From the NCBI GenBank assembly GCA_963677925.2, contig CAXXYH010000004.1:2432001-2496000 (forward strand): 64,000 nt of DNA. Reading direction: 5' to 3'. The stretch's first letter is position 1; each line of letters begins with the position of its first letter. This document shows positions 39,446-48,417 of this stretch, one piece after another. The translations under genes and the position numbers were made by a program. The stretch is from Spirochaetia bacterium (GTDB taxonomy: Bacteria; Spirochaetota; Spirochaetia; UBA9216). The notes below the pieces were generated by a model that was not told the origin of the DNA, did not search any database, and saw nothing but the letters and a program-made list of their open reading frames with translations.

Positions 39446-40453
39446 ATGGCTAAGAATGTTGCAGAGAGGATAATACAGATTGTTCTTCTGTTGATAATAG
39501 CCGCCGGATTCGGCGGAATCATTTATACATTAGGCGGCTCAGGAAGCAGTGCCGGCGGACCCCCGGGAGGAATGCCGGGAGCTTCAGGCGGTGCTGCGTC
39601 CGGAATGCCTGCCGCATTTGGAGGCAGTTCTTCAAATGCCGCAGCTGCAACCGTTGCAGTTGAGGCTGAGGTTTCCGAACTTGGAGATGTTAACCAGTTC
39701 ATACGTGTGAACGGAGATGTAGTCAGCGATGTATCGGTTGATATTTATCCTGATGTTTCCGGTAAACTGATTGAGAGGAAAGTTCAGCTTGGAAGTTATG
39801 TCAAGAAGGGTGATATAATAGCGGTTGTTGATCCTTCTACACCGGGAGTTGTTTACAGTAAGAGCAGTGTTGTCTCTACTATAAGCGGTACTGTAACCGC
39901 GGTTAATGCCACTGTCGGTGATACAGTGAGTACAGGCAGTTCAATCGCCGAGGTCGGTGATCTTTCAAATCTTTCGCTTGTGACCTATGTACCTGAAAGA
40001 TATATAAGTTACCTTAAAACAGGTTTGACTGCAGAAGTAACATTTGAAGCCTTCGAAGATCGGGTTTTTCAGGCACGGGTTGTTCAGCTGAATCCTGTTG
40101 TAGATACAAGTTCACGTTCACTTGAAATTAAGCTTGAAATACTCAACCCTGACAGTGGAATACGGGCCGGAATGTTTGCCTCAATGAAGCTGATCACCCG
40201 GGAGAGTACGAACTGTATTTCAGTGCTTAACACCGCCCTTTCTTCCTATTACGAAGATACAGTAGTTTTTGTTCTTAATGATGACGACACCGTTGAACGC
40301 AGAGTCGTAACGACAGGGCTGGTTTCCGATTCCAGAACTGAAATTACCAGCGGTCTTGAAGAAGGTGAAATTGTTATTACCCAGGGAACATCATCGCTTA
40401 CGGACGGAACAGCAGTAAGGGTGGTTAATGAGCTTGAAAGCCGGGAGGGCTAA
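39446..40453 (+). CDS. RND efflux periplasmic adaptor subunit
   Basis: N-terminal TM, G/S/P-rich linker, IYPDVSGK, VKKGD, GMFA, SGLEEGE. Confidence 0.9.
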   Translation: MAKNVAERIIQIVLLLIIAAGFGGIIYTLGGSGSSAGGPPGGMPGASGGAASGMPAAFGGSSSNAAAATVAVEAEVSELGDVNQFIRVNGDVVSDVSVDIYPDVSGKLIERKVQLGSYVKKGDIIAVVDPSTPGVVYSKSSVVSTISGTVTAVNATVGDTVSTGSSIAEVGDLSNLSLVTYVPERYISYLKTGLTAEVTFEAFEDRVFQARVVQLNPVVDTSSRSLEIKLEILNPDSGIRAGMFASMKLITRESTNCISVLNTALSSYYEDTVVFVLNDDDTVERRVVTTGLVSDSRTEITSGLEEGEIVITQGTSSLTDGTAVRVVNELESREG

Positions 40454-43400
40454 ATGAATATTACTGATTTATCGGTAAAAAGGCCTGTTACTATTCTTGT
40501 CGTAACACTTTTACTTGTCGGGCTGGCTGTATTCATGGTGCCGAGCCTTGCAGTTGAAATGTTCCCGGATACGGACATGCCTGTAATTATGATAAGAACC
40601 ACTTATTCGGGAGCCAGCCCTGAGGAGGTCGAGGAAAGTGTAACCTCGCTCCTTGAGCAGCAGCTTTCGAATGTAAGCGGAATTGAAAATATAACTTCTA
40701 CTTCCAGCGAGGGAAGCAGTTCGATCAGTCTTGAGTTTGGATATGATATAGATCTTGATGATGCGACAAACGACATACGTGATTCACTCGAGCGTGTCAC
40801 TTCCGCTCTTCCGGACGGGTCCGGTTCTCCGCAGATTATGAAGTTCAGCGCATCCAATATGCCTATACTCAGGCTGATTGTTACCGGAAATGAAACTGCC
40901 GACACACTGACGGCCCTTGCAGAGGACACAATACAGCCACGGCTTGAACGAATAGTCGGAGTTGCCTCTGCAGAGGTGAGTGGTGGTGAAACAAAGGAAG
41001 TGAAGGTTGATGTCTCACTGAACAGGCTTCAGGCCTACGGAATATCGCTATCATCAGTAAGAACCGCTTTGGCGAACCAGGATGTACTGTTAAGTGCTGG
41101 CGATCTTACTAAAGACGGTATGGAATATACCCTGAGGTTTAATGAAACCTTTGAAACCCTTGATGATATGAGACGTACCGTCATTACTAATATTTCAACC
41201 CAGGATTCAACAGGGTCTGTCAACAGATCGAATGTTGTCCGTCTTGAAGACATTGCTGATGTCTACATGGGTACGGAAGATTCAAGCAGAAGAGTATACA
41301 TAAACGGTACATCATCTGTTTCGATCCGTGTAATGAACGAGACTGATACAAATACTGTTCAGATAGCGGAGGCCGTACGTGCCGAGCTGCCGTCAATAAA
41401 CGCGGATCTGCCGACCGGGGTAAAACTTCAGATTCTGTATGACCAGACCACAATGATTTCAAGCCTGCTTAACCAGGTATACCAGAACGCTATTCAGGGC
41501 GGTATTCTGGCCATGATTATTCTGCTGCTGTTTCTTAGAAATATAAAAACTACCCTGGTAATCGGTGTTTCGATCCCTGTGTCACTGTTTATTACCCTTG
41601 GGGCAATGTATTTCTTTGATCTTACTCTGAACATGATTTCATTGACAGGTCTTATAATGGGACTTGGAATGATAGTTGATAATTCGATTGTTATTCTGGA
41701 AAATATTTACAAGTACCGGGAAAGGGGTGCAAAGCTGAAGCCCTCGGCCATCCTCGGTTCAAGAGAGATGGTTACTGCGATTACTGCATCAACACTTACT
41801 ACAATATGTGTATTTATCCCGATGATAATATGGAAAGATGATCTTGAAATGCTTGGTCAGATGTTCCAGGATATGATTTTTACCATAGTAATATCACTTA
41901 TATCCTCACTGCTTGTAGCGCTTATGCTTGTTCCGGCTTTGAGCAGTCATTACATAAAGATATATTCCAAGAAGCAGAAGCCGCTTAAGAATAAGCTTAT
42001 AATTGCTTTTGACAACACATTCGAGAAGGGATTTCTTGCTGTTGAAAATGCATATACAAAGGCGCTTGATTTCACACTTAGAAACAGAGCTCTTGTTCTG
42101 ACTTTTGTATCGGTTCTGCTGATTGTCTCGGTGGCAAAATTTACAACAATGGGAATAGCCTTTCAGCCTTCATCAAATACTGATGACTCTGTTACTGTAT
42201 CTCTTACAATGCCTATAGGTACTTCAATTGACAGAACAGAGACTGTTCTTATGGATATGAAAGATATCATTGAAGAAGAGATTGAAGGCTACGAAAATAT
42301 TATAGTCACAGCCGGTTCAGGCGGCGGTTTCGGATCATCAAGTTCATATAAGGGTAATATTGAAATTACTCTGCCTGATGTCGATGAACAGATTGATAAT
42401 CCAACATCGATAAAACAGAAGTTGAGACCATATCTCAATGAAGTTCCTGATGCGACTTTCGAGTTTTCTTCAGGAAGACGCTTCGGCGGTTCAAGCGATC
42501 CTATTGATATTGAAATAATATCAAGTGACCTGACTCTTGCCGGAAACACAGCTACTGAAATAAGAGATCTGATACGTGAACTTCCGCAGATTGTAGACCC
42601 GGTGTCTTCTCTTGAAAACGGAGCTCCTGAATACCGGATTGTAGTCGATAAAGATAGAGCTGCAGCAATGGGGCTTACTGTAACATCAGTCGCTTCAGCG
42701 GTTAACTACATGGTGGATGGTTCATCTCCTGTTACCTTCTGGGAGGACGGTGAAGAGCTTGATGTAATGGTTCAGCTGCAGGATTCAGATCGCGACAGCA
42801 TGTCCGATCTGGAATCGCTTACTATAGTGACATCAAGCGGTGAAGAAATACCTCTGTCAAATATTGCCTCTTTTGTACTTACTGTCGGACCGGAGGATAT
42901 CGATCGTGAAAATGAAAAGAGGGTTGTACATGTAACATCGGATATTGCCAGCGGTTTAACAGCGACTGAGGTTCTTGCACAGGTAGAAGACTACATTGAT
43001 TCATCCTATGTTGTTCCAGACGGAGTCTCAATCTCCTTCGGAGGTGAATCTGAAGATATATCAAGAATGGGAGGACCGCTCATTATTGTGTTGATAGTTG
43101 CCGTAATCCTTGTTTTTGGAGTAATGGCAAGTTTATTTGAATCATTTGTCGATCCCTTTATAATATTCTTCTCCATTCCGCTGATGATAATCGGTGTAGT
43201 AGGTATTTATACTTTAATGGGTGAGACATTCAGCATGTTCTCGGCAGTCGGAATGGTTGCTCTGGTCGGAATTGTAGTAAACAACGGTATTGTTCTTGTA
43301 GACTATATGAATCTTCTGCGAAACAAGGGCATTCCTTTGATGGAGGCCTGTCACGAAGCCGCCAGAAGCAGATTGAGGCCTGTTCTAATGACCACACTCA

Positions 43401-43630
43401 CTACTGTCCTTGGAATGGTTCCCCTGGCGTTCTTTGGAGGTGAGGGTACCGAATCTATTCAGGCCATTGCCCAGACCATTGTAGGCGGATTATCAGGCAG
43501 CATGATTTTTACCCTTTTTGTTATTCCTGCACTGTATTCAATCTTTAATAAGAAGAGAACTTTTTTTAAAAAGAAAAAGAAAGAGCAGAATTCCATGGAC
43601 ATGCTTGCAAACGAGGGAGGTTCCTTATGA
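40454..43630 (+). CDS. AcrB/AcrD/AcrF-family RND efflux permease
   Basis: SVKRPVT, GMIVDNSIVILENI, GIVVNNGIVLVD, RLRPVLMTTLTT; 1058 aa. Confidence 0.95.
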   Translation: MNITDLSVKRPVTILVVTLLLVGLAVFMVPSLAVEMFPDTDMPVIMIRTTYSGASPEEVEESVTSLLEQQLSNVSGIENITSTSSEGSSSISLEFGYDIDLDDATNDIRDSLERVTSALPDGSGSPQIMKFSASNMPILRLIVTGNETADTLTALAEDTIQPRLERIVGVASAEVSGGETKEVKVDVSLNRLQAYGISLSSVRTALANQDVLLSAGDLTKDGMEYTLRFNETFETLDDMRRTVITNISTQDSTGSVNRSNVVRLEDIADVYMGTEDSSRRVYINGTSSVSIRVMNETDTNTVQIAEAVRAELPSINADLPTGVKLQILYDQTTMISSLLNQVYQNAIQGGILAMIILLLFLRNIKTTLVIGVSIPVSLFITLGAMYFFDLTLNMISLTGLIMGLGMIVDNSIVILENIYKYRERGAKLKPSAILGSREMVTAITASTLTTICVFIPMIIWKDDLEMLGQMFQDMIFTIVISLISSLLVALMLVPALSSHYIKIYSKKQKPLKNKLIIAFDNTFEKGFLAVENAYTKALDFTLRNRALVLTFVSVLLIVSVAKFTTMGIAFQPSSNTDDSVTVSLTMPIGTSIDRTETVLMDMKDIIEEEIEGYENIIVTAGSGGGFGSSSSYKGNIEITLPDVDEQIDNPTSIKQKLRPYLNEVPDATFEFSSGRRFGGSSDPIDIEIISSDLTLAGNTATEIRDLIRELPQIVDPVSSLENGAPEYRIVVDKDRAAAMGLTVTSVASAVNYMVDGSSPVTFWEDGEELDVMVQLQDSDRDSMSDLESLTIVTSSGEEIPLSNIASFVLTVGPEDIDRENEKRVVHVTSDIASGLTATEVLAQVEDYIDSSYVVPDGVSISFGGESEDISRMGGPLIIVLIVAVILVFGVMASLFESFVDPFIIFFSIPLMIIGVVGIYTLMGETFSMFSAVGMVALVGIVVNNGIVLVDYMNLLRNKGIPLMEACHEAARSRLRPVLMTTLTTVLGMVPLAFFGGEGTESIQAIAQTIVGGLSGSMIFTLFVIPALYSIFNKKRTFFKKKKKEQNSMDMLANEGGSL

Positions 43631-43920
43631 TAAGAATTGAAGTTATTGCAAATCAGGCTATAGAAGAAGATGTTATTGCTGCACTTTCTGCAAGTAAAAT
43701 TGGCGACCGTTTTACATATATTGCTCCTGTCTACGGCAGGGGGCGCAACGGACGCCGTGAAGGTTCTGCTGTATGGCCTGAAGAGAATGTTATTTTTATA
43801 GTCTATACAGATGAAGAGAAAAAAGATGATTTCATGGTTTACCTGAATAAAATAAAGACTGATTTTCCTGATGAGGGTCTGCAGTGTTTTATTATTGATA
43901 ATGCTCAGAGGCTTGTCTAG
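43627..43920 (+). CDS. PII-like transporter-associated protein (PG0541-like)
   Basis: 97 aa; VYGRGRNG...GSAVWPEEN motif; ATGA overlap with the RND permease. Confidence 0.7.
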   Translation: MIRIEVIANQAIEEDVIAALSASKIGDRFTYIAPVYGRGRNGRREGSAVWPEENVIFIVYTDEEKKDDFMVYLNKIKTDFPDEGLQCFIIDNAQRLV

Positions 43921-43949
43921 GCCTGTCCTGACATGTTTTCAAGTATATT

Positions 43950-43983
43950 AACTGTCCGGAATTTTCCGGACAGTTTTTTTTTT
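43950..43983 (+). terminator. Rho-independent terminator after the RND operon
   Basis: AACTGTCCGGA...TCCGGACAGTT stem plus a long T run. Confidence 0.85.
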
Positions 43984-44210
43984 ACGAATGTGTAGGATTG
44001 TTTGTATGAACATTCAAAATTAAGCGGTTCGGACTTAAAGGGGTGTAATTGTTTTCCTGAACATTTTAACAGATGGATAAACTAAAATCCAATTATCAGT
44101 GAATCATATGTTTGTTATGAAAATATCATAATCATAACAGTCTGGACTATGCAATTCAGCACATTTATAATACAGTCATTCATCTTTGATCTATGAAAAA
44201 TACCCATAAA

Positions 44211-44257
44211 ACTACATTTATGTAGTAAAAGCAGGGTGAAAATTACATTTATGTAGG
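44211..44257. promoter_or_regulatory. Tandem palindromic upstream activator sites for a sigma54 enhancer-binding protein
   Basis: TACATTTATGTA occurs twice (44213 and 44244, 31 bp apart), ~75-120 bp upstream of a -24/-12 promoter. Confidence 0.65.
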
Positions 44258-44330
44258 CTTTATCGGCGTTTTTGACCCTATAAACGGTGAATAAAGCAGT
44301 TATCCCATGACTATTTTACTGAATATGACT

Positions 44331-44346
44331 TGGCACATATATTGCT
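44331..44346 (+). promoter_or_regulatory. sigma54 (-24/-12) promoter of the dpp operon
   Basis: TGGCACATATATTGCT equals consensus TGGCAC-N5-TTGC. Confidence 0.85.
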
Positions 44347-44509
44347 TTAATTAGGCAAACAAATATGAGAGGGAATTAACAGAATGAAAACAAATCATTA
44401 CAGAAAACCGTGAGATTCGGCGTGTTTTTACAGCCCATCCAGGAGGATGTGCAATGCCCGGGCAGAATGTGCTTGCCGGGGTAATTCAACTTTAAAGAGG
44501 TAAAACGGT

Positions 44510-45496
44510 TTGAATATGAAGTTTATTCTCCGGAAACTGTTGGCATCTTTGCTAACGCTTCTGGTCATTACATTCGTAAATTTTGTAATTTTCCGAATGG
44601 CGCCTGGAGATCCTGTCAGGCTGATGTTTAAGGACCCCAGAGTTTCAATTGAAGATATCGAGGCTATGAAAGTAAAATTTGGACTCGATAAACCTATTCC
44701 CGGTCAGTATGTTGACTATATGAAAAACCTGCTTAAAGGAGATATGGGAATCTCATTTTGGCAGAAGAAACCGGTATCAGAGGTTATTGCTGCACGAATA
44801 CCGCAGACTCTGATGCTGATTGGGACGGCCTTGTTTCTTGCCGTTGTGATAGGGACTATTTTCGGTGCAATTGCCGGATGGAAAGGAGGTTCGAGGACAG
44901 ACTCGACGATTGTCGGGGTCTCGATGACTCTGTATTCGGTTCCAAGTTTCGCATTCGGTATTCTTCTGATGCTGGGGCTTGCATATCATCTTGCGATTTT
45001 CCCGCTGGGCGGAATTGAAACCCCTGCCTCCGGCTACACTGGAATACGGCGGTGGCTTGATATTGCCTGGCATATGGTTCTTCCATCCTTCTCGATTGTT
45101 TTATGGTATATAGGACAGTATATAATTATCACAAGATCATCCATGAAGGATGTTCTAAGTCAGCCCTTTATTATGACTGCAAGGTCGAAGGGCGTTCGTG
45201 AAAAAGTTATCCTCAGCAAGCATGCCCTGAGAAATGCCTTCCTTCCGCTCATTACAATCACCGGTGTAAATATAGCCTTTATGACCGGCGGTATTATTGA
45301 GGCAGAAACTGTATTTTCATGGCCTGGTCTTGGAAGACTGCTTTATGACGCGGTTATGAAACGAGATTATCCGCTTCTTCAGGGATGTTTTATGGTTTTC
45401 GCTATTGCAGTAGTTGTACTGAACTTTGCAGTCGATTTACTTTACAGCAGAGTTGATCCACGCGTTAGAATCGGAGGTATGAGCGATGAACATTAA
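44510..45496 (+). CDS. dppB: Peptide/nickel ABC transporter permease DppB/OppB
   Basis: APGDP, GLDKPIPGQY, GDMGISF, TARSKG...HALRNA, ETVFSWPGLG, RDYPLLQG. Confidence 0.88.
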   Translation: MNMKFILRKLLASLLTLLVITFVNFVIFRMAPGDPVRLMFKDPRVSIEDIEAMKVKFGLDKPIPGQYVDYMKNLLKGDMGISFWQKKPVSEVIAARIPQTLMLIGTALFLAVVIGTIFGAIAGWKGGSRTDSTIVGVSMTLYSVPSFAFGILLMLGLAYHLAIFPLGGIETPASGYTGIRRWLDIAWHMVLPSFSIVLWYIGQYIIITRSSMKDVLSQPFIMTARSKGVREKVILSKHALRNAFLPLITITGVNIAFMTGGIIEAETVFSWPGLGRLLYDAVMKRDYPLLQGCFMVFAIAVVVLNFAVDLLYSRVDPRVRIGGMSDEH

Positions 45497-46367
45497 AAGT
45501 TATAAACTAGAGAAGACCAGAAACTTTGTTCAAATGTTCTTTTCTCATCGAATGGGACTCTGGGGATTTATAATTTTCAGTCTGTTTATTGTAATGGCGC
45601 TTTTCGCTCCCTTTCTTGGAACTGTTGATCCCCACCAGTCGGGTGATGTTGATAAAATCCTGCTCAGTCCCAATGCTAATGCATGGCTTGGAACGGATGA
45701 TCTTGCACGGGATGTCTGGAGTCAGGTTATTTACGGCAGCCGGATATCACTTACAATCGGTTTTATAACAGCAATTATTACAGTTATAACAGGAACCATA
45801 GTAGGTATGGTTGCAGGCTTCAAAGGCGGTGTTGTAGATGAAATCCTGATGAGGGTTGTAGACTTCTTTATGATGCTTCCCCAGCTCCCGCTGATGATTG
45901 TACTTGCAGCGGTTATGGGTGCCAGTATATGGAATATTGTAATAGTAATCAGTATTGTCAGCTGGCCGTCAACTGCAAGACTTGTACGCTCGCAGGTGCT
46001 TTCTCTTAAGGAACGGCCCTTTGTAGAAGCTGCAAGATGTCTAGGCGCAGGTGATGCGACCATGATGCTTCGTGAAATACTGCCTAATGTTATCCCGGTA
46101 ATGTTTGCGCAGGCCGTTCTGATGGTTACAGAAACAATCTATGCCGAAGCAGTTTTAAGCTTTCTCGGGCTCGGAGATCCGACAAAGATAAGCTGGGGAA
46201 CAATGCTGCATTTCTGTTTTGAGTCAGGAGCCATGGCAAGAGCGGTCTGGTGGGTCCTTCCCCCGATTGCATGTATTGTAGGCTTGATAATCAGTTTCTC
46301 CTTTCTGGGAACTTCAGTTACAGATATTCTGACACCCGGTTATAAAGAGAAAATGGGATATTCGTGA
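45486..46367 (+). CDS. dppC: Peptide/nickel ABC transporter permease DppC/OppC
   Basis: LGTDDLARDV, YGSRISL, FVEAARCLGA, ILPN, LSFLGLG. Confidence 0.9.
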   Translation: MNIKSYKLEKTRNFVQMFFSHRMGLWGFIIFSLFIVMALFAPFLGTVDPHQSGDVDKILLSPNANAWLGTDDLARDVWSQVIYGSRISLTIGFITAIITVITGTIVGMVAGFKGGVVDEILMRVVDFFMMLPQLPLMIVLAAVMGASIWNIVIVISIVSWPSTARLVRSQVLSLKERPFVEAARCLGAGDATMMLREILPNVIPVMFAQAVLMVTETIYAEAVLSFLGLGDPTKISWGTMLHFCFESGAMARAVWWVLPPIACIVGLIISFSFLGTSVTDILTPGYKEKMGYS

Positions 46368-46376
46368 GGTACCTGA

Positions 46377-47336
46377 ATGAACTTACTTGAAGTAAAAGAC
46401 CTTTGTGTTGACTATGAAATGAAGAAAGGCACTGCAAGGGCTGTAAATAATGTTAATTTTGAATTGAAGAAGGGTGAAACCTTCGGATTAATTGGAGAAT
46501 CGGGCTGTGGTAAAACAACAACAGCTATGGCTTTGATGGGCTTTGTTTCTCCTCCCGGAAGGATAAGTCAGGGTTCGGTTGAGTTTAAAGGCGAGGATAT
46601 AAGAACTTATTCAAAGGAAAAGATGCGTCAGCTGCGCGGTAATTCTATTTCGATAGTAAGACAGGAAGCACAGAACGCACTAAATCCTGTTTTAACTATC
46701 GGTGATCAGATTGCAGAGGTTCTGAAGGAGCATGGTGTTACAAACCAGTCTGAGGTTGATGCGAGGGTGAAAAAGCAGCTTGAAATGGTCGGTATCACAC
46801 CGGACCGTAAAAACAGCTATCCCTTCGAGTTCAGCGGCGGTATGAGGCAGAGAGTAATGATCGCTCTTGCAGCTATATGTGAGCCTGATCTGATGATCCT
46901 TGATGAGCCTATCACCGGTTTGGATGTTATTGTTCAGAGACAGCTTTTAACTCTTCTTACAGATCTTCGAAAAAAGATGAATCTGACAGCACTGCTTATA
47001 GCACATGACCTTGCAGTCATTGCTGAGATGTGTGACAGGGTTGCTGTTATGTACGGCGGATATATAGTTGAGAATGCTGAAGTAGCAAAACTGTATGAGG
47101 AGCCGAAGCATCCTTACAGCAAGGCTTTGATTGAGTCCTATCCGAAAATTACCGGTGAGAAGAAGGAGCTTAAGAGTATTCCGGGAGCGCCTCCAAAGCT
47201 GCTTGAGAAACCGGACGGCTGTCTCTTTGCGGACAGATGTCCTCAGGCTATGCCTGTCTGCCGTAAAACTGTACCTGAATTGATTGATGTAGACGGCAGC
47301 CAGGTTAGATGTCATCTGTACGGAGGGAATAAATGA
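46377..47336 (+). CDS. dppD: Peptide/nickel ABC ATP-binding protein DppD/OppD
   Basis: GESGCGKT, FSGGMRQR, HPYS, C-terminal Cys cluster GCLFADRC...C...VRCH. Confidence 0.9.
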   Translation: MNLLEVKDLCVDYEMKKGTARAVNNVNFELKKGETFGLIGESGCGKTTTAMALMGFVSPPGRISQGSVEFKGEDIRTYSKEKMRQLRGNSISIVRQEAQNALNPVLTIGDQIAEVLKEHGVTNQSEVDARVKKQLEMVGITPDRKNSYPFEFSGGMRQRVMIALAAICEPDLMILDEPITGLDVIVQRQLLTLLTDLRKKMNLTALLIAHDLAVIAEMCDRVAVMYGGYIVENAEVAKLYEEPKHPYSKALIESYPKITGEKKELKSIPGAPPKLLEKPDGCLFADRCPQAMPVCRKTVPELIDVDGSQVRCHLYGGNK

Positions 47337-48340
47337 GCGACGCTGTGAATATACTTGAGGTCAGAGACCTGAAAAAATATTTCCCGCTGAAAAAAGAGAA
47401 TATTTTCTCGAAAAAGCCTCGAAAGATACTCAAGGCGGTAGACGGGCTTAACTTTTCGGTAGGAAAGGGTGAAATACTTGGATTTGTTGGAGAGTCCGGC
47501 TGCGGTAAATCAACAATGAGCCGTTCAATTATTCAGCTAATACAGCCGACATCCGGTAATGTAATTCATGATGGAGTTGATCTTACAACACTGTCAAAGC
47601 CTGAAATGAGAGCCCGGAGAAAAAGTATACAGATGATCTTTCAGGATCCTTTCGGCTCCCTTAATCCGAGAAGATCTGTATCTGAAACTCTCCGGATGGT
47701 TTTGAAAATTCATGATGTATGTAAGACTCAGGAAGAAGAGGATCAGCTGATATATAATGTTCTTGAAGAAGTAGGGCTTACTCCGGTTGAAACCTTCTGG
47801 GACAAATTTCCGGCAATGATGAGCGGAGGTCAGCTTCAGCGTGTGAGTATGGCAAGGGTTCTGATGCTCAGACCTGATTTTATAATAGCAGATGAGCCTG
47901 TATCCATGCTTGATGTATCAGTACGTATCGGTGTTCTGGATCTTCTTTTACGGATGAGAGATAAATATAAGATATCTTTCATTTACATTACACATGACCT
48001 TGCTACTGCCAGATATGTCTGCGACAGAATTGCAATAATGTACCTTGGTAGAATTGTTGAGATGGGCCCGACAGAAGAGATTCTGCATAATCCAAAGCAT
48101 CCATATACAAAAGCTTTGATTGCGGCTGTTCCTGAACCGGATCCTACCCGTGAAAAGCTTGAACTTCCTATCAAGGAATGGACCAAGGATTCCTATATTG
48201 AGAATGATAATGCCTGTCTGTTCTTTCCCAGATGTCCGGAAGGCCGTGAAGTCTGCCGTCATAAAAAGCCGGAGATGATTGATATTGTCAAAGGGCATAC
48301 AGCTGCCTGTCATGCAGTGCATAAAGACAGCGAGTACTGA
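47333..48340 (+). CDS. dppF: Peptide/nickel ABC ATP-binding protein DppF/OppF
   Basis: KAVDG, GESGCGKST, IFQDPFGSLNPR, MSGGQLQR, HPYTKAL, C-terminal Cys cluster. Confidence 0.9.
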   Translation: MSDAVNILEVRDLKKYFPLKKENIFSKKPRKILKAVDGLNFSVGKGEILGFVGESGCGKSTMSRSIIQLIQPTSGNVIHDGVDLTTLSKPEMRARRKSIQMIFQDPFGSLNPRRSVSETLRMVLKIHDVCKTQEEEDQLIYNVLEEVGLTPVETFWDKFPAMMSGGQLQRVSMARVLMLRPDFIIADEPVSMLDVSVRIGVLDLLLRMRDKYKISFIYITHDLATARYVCDRIAIMYLGRIVEMGPTEEILHNPKHPYTKALIAAVPEPDPTREKLELPIKEWTKDSYIENDNACLFFPRCPEGREVCRHKKPEMIDIVKGHTAACHAVHKDSEY

Positions 48341-48360
48341 TTCTGATATAATAAACCAAT

Positions 48361-48388
48361 GGCCGGGATCGCCCGGCTTTTTTATTTT
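48361..48388 (+). terminator. Rho-independent terminator after the dpp operon
   Basis: GCCGGG-ATCG-CCCGGC followed by TTTTTTATTTT. Confidence 0.75.
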
Positions 48389-48417
48389 ATGATAAATATC
48401 AGGGATGCAATTTTACT

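Noticed and set aside
43909-43935. CTAGGCCTGTCCTGA resembling an IS terminal repeat
   Set aside because: No partner inverted repeat or transposase remnant found
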